Assembly: GCF_046119375.1 (NCBI RefSeq)
Contig: NW_027362768.1
Span: 311,798,001-311,862,000, forward strand
DNA length: 64,000 nt
Reading direction: 5' to 3'
From: Phyllobates terribilis
Taxonomy: Eukaryota
The notes under the pieces were generated by a model. It was given only the letters and a program-made list of their open reading frames with translations, had not been told where the DNA came from and made no database searches. A program made the translations under genes and the position numbers. This document shows, one piece after another, positions 61,290 through 64,000 of the stretch (position 1 is the stretch's first letter; the number at the start of each line of letters is the position of its first letter).

Positions 61290-64000
61290 GGGTATAGTTT
61301 CCAAAATGGGGACACTTGTGGGGGAGCTCCACTGTTTAGGCACATCACGGGCTCTCCAAACGCGACATGGTGTCCGCTAACAAATTGAATGGAAAATCGG
61401 CTCAAATTGTTAGCGGACGCCATGTTGCGTTTGGAGAGCCCCTGTGTGTCCAAACATTGGAGCTCCCCCACAAGTGACCCCATTTTGGAAACTAGACCCC
61501 CCAAGGCACCTATCTAGATGCATAGTGAGCACTTAGAACCCCCAGGTGCTTCACAAATTGATTCGTAAAAATGAAAAAGTGAAAAAAAAAACACTTTTTC
61601 ATTTTTATGAATCAATTTGTGAAGCACCTGGGGTTCCAAGTGCTCACTATGAATCTAGATAGGTGCCTTGGGGGGTCTAGTTTCCAAAATGGGGTCACTT
61701 GTGGGGGAGCTCCAATGTTTGGGCACACAGGGACTCTCTAAATGCAACATGGTATCCGCTAACAAATTAAATGGAAAATCGGCTCAAATTGTTAGCGGAC
61801 ACCACATTGCGTTTGGAGAGCCCCTCTGTGCCCAAACTTTGGAGCTCCCCCACAAGTGACCCCATTTTGGAAACTAGACCCCCCAAGGCACCTTTCTAGA
61901 TGCATAGTGAGCACTTGGAACCCCCAGGTGCTTCACAAATTGATTCGTAAAAATGAAAAAGTGAAAAAAAAAACACTTTTTCATTTTTATGAATCAATTT
62001 GTGAAGCACCTGGGGTTCCAAGTGCTCACTATGAATCTAGATAGGTGCCTTGGGGGGTCTAGTTTCCAAAATGGGGTCACTTGTGGGGGAGCTCCAATGT
62101 TTGGGCACACAGGGACTCTCCAAATGCAACATGATATCCGCTAACAAATTGTCGGCTCAAATTGTTAGCGGATATCATGTTGCATTTGGAGAGTCCCTGT
62201 GTGCCCAAACATTGGAGCTCCTCCACAAGTGACCCCATTTTGGAAACTAGACCCCCCAAGGCACCTATCTAGATGCATAGTGAGCACTTGGAACCCCTAG
62301 GTGCTTCACAAATTAATTCGTAAAAATGAAAAAGTGTTTTTTTTTTCACTTTTTCATTATTACGAATCAATTTGTGAAGCACCTGGGGGTTCCAAGTGCT
62401 CACTATGCATCTAGAAAGGTGCCTTGGGGGGTCTAGTTTCCAAAATGGGGTCACTTGTGGGGGAGCTCCAAAGTTTGGGCACAGAGGGGCTCTCCAAACG
62501 CAATGTGGCGTCCGCTAACAATTTGAGCCGATTTTCCATTCAATTTGTTAGCGGATACCATGTTGCATTTAGAGAGTCCCTGTGTGCCCAAACATTGGAG
62601 CTCCCCCACAAGTGACCCCATTTTGGAAACTAGACCCCCCAAGGCACCTATCTAGATGCATAGTGAGCACTTGGAACCCCTAGGTGCTTCACAAATTGAT
62701 TCGTAAAAATGAAAAAGTGTTTTTTTTTTCACTTTTTCATTATTACGAATCAATTTGTGAAGCACCTGGGGGTTCCAAGTGCTCACTATGCATCTAGAAA
62801 GGTGCCTTGGGGGGTCTAGTTTCCAAAATGGGGTCACTTGTGGGGGAGCTCCAAAGTTTGGGCACAGAGAAGCTCTCCAAACGCAATGTGGTGTCCGCTA
62901 ACAATTTGAGCCGATTTTCCATTCAATTTGTTAGCGGATACCATGTTGCATTTAGAGAGTCCCTGTGTGCCCAAACATTGGAGCTCTCCCACAAGTGACC
63001 CCATTTTGGAAACTAGACCCCCCAAGGCACCTATCTAGATGCATAGTGAGCAGTTGGAACCCCCAGGTGCTTCACAAATTGATTCATAAAAATGAAAAAG
63101 TGTTTTTTTTTTCACTTTTTCATTGTTACGAATCAATTTGTGAAGCACCTGGGGGTTCCAAGTGCTCACTATGCATCTAGATAGGTGCCTTGGGGGGTCT
63201 AGTTTCCAAAATGGGGTCACTTGTGGGGGAGCTCCAATGTTTGGGCACACAGCAGCTCTCCAAACGCAACATGGTGTCGCTAACAATTTGAGCCAATTTT
63301 GCGTTAAATTTGTTAGCGGACACCATGTTGGATTTAGAGAGCCGCTGTGTGCCCAAATATTGGAGCTCCCCCACAAGTGACCCCATTTTGGAAACTAGAC
63401 CACCCAAGGCACCTATCTAGATGCATAGTGAGCACTTGGAACCCTCAGGTGCTTCACAAATTGATTCATACAAATGAAAAAGTGTTTTTTTTTTCACTTT
63501 TTCATTGTTACGAATCAATTTGTGAAGCACCTGGGGGTTCCAAGTGCTCACTATGCATCTAGATAGGTGCCTTGGGGGGTCTAGTTTCCAAAATGGGGTC
63601 ACTTGTGGGGGAGCTCCAATGTTTGGGCACACAGGGACTCTCTAAATGCAACATGGTGTCCTCTAACAAATTTAACGGAAAATCGGCTCAAATTGTTAGC
63701 GACACCATGTTGTGTTTGGAGAGCCGCTGTGTGCCCAAACATTGGAGCTCCCCCACAAGTGACCCCATTTTGGAAACTAGACCCCCCAAGGCACCTATCT
63801 AGATGCATTGTGAGCACTTGGAACACTCAGGTGCTTCACAAATTGATTCATAAAAATGAAAAAGTGTTTTTTTTTTCACTTTTTCATTGTTACGAATCAA
63901 TTTGTGAAGCACCTGGGGGTTCCAAGTGCTCACTATGCATCTAGATAGGTGCCTTGGGGGGTCTAGTTTCCAAAATGGGGTCACTTGTGGGGGAGCTCCA
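61290..64000. repeat. Array of alternating-orientation monomers of about 190 bp (period about 380 bp)
   Basis: Palindromic centres occur every 190 bp or so, and the same short ORFs appear mirrored on both strands. Confidence 0.95.

Larger units (their letters stand above)
59210..64000 (+). mobile_element. piggyBac-like element D, copy 2, with amplified internal array; runs off the window
   Basis: TTAA (59206-59209) inside the Gypsy codons TTT AAT, then CCCCTT; collinear with 47257-49330. Confidence 0.8.

Noticed and set aside
61217-63984. Repeated short ORFs (MGGLVSKMG..., MTPFWKLDPP...) on both strands
   Set aside because: They are a by-product of the palindromic array, and their frames break between copies.

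Overview
This is repeat-saturated eukaryotic DNA. The repeat families suggest a vertebrate, probably a frog, but that is inference. No intact host gene is evident. Contents from left to right: (1) the 3' part of a chromodomain Ty3/Gypsy element (family A, 1-3739) and hAT remnants. (2) A gag-only LTR element with a tRNA-Arg-type PBS (family C, about 6282-18093, minus strand), carrying a young full-length Tf1/sushi-type Gypsy (family B, 8111-14174, TSD ACAGT). (3) Two Tc1 elements, four exon-like cassettes and a palindrome resembling a Penelope/hammerhead unit. (4) A compound satellite (25411-40247) interrupted by a full-length family A Gypsy (TSD ATTTC, with a solo LTR in its 3' LTR) and by a non-autonomous hAT that carries a second Tc1 copy. 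(5) A pogo-like MITE and a degenerate Ngaro/DIRS element (RT-RNaseH, tyrosine recombinase, SGNH hydrolase). (6) A deep nest: Harbinger remnant > TTAA piggyBac-like element > hAT with 150-bp and 52-bp arrays > Gypsy B > second piggyBac-like element ending in an array of alternating inverted monomers. The most notable signals are that flip/flop palindromic array, the gag-only element with a doubled PBS, self-priming complementarity in both Gypsy families, a GGGAAAC -1 frameshift signal and a hammerhead-like motif. All coordinates were read by eye, so array and remnant boundaries are approximate.
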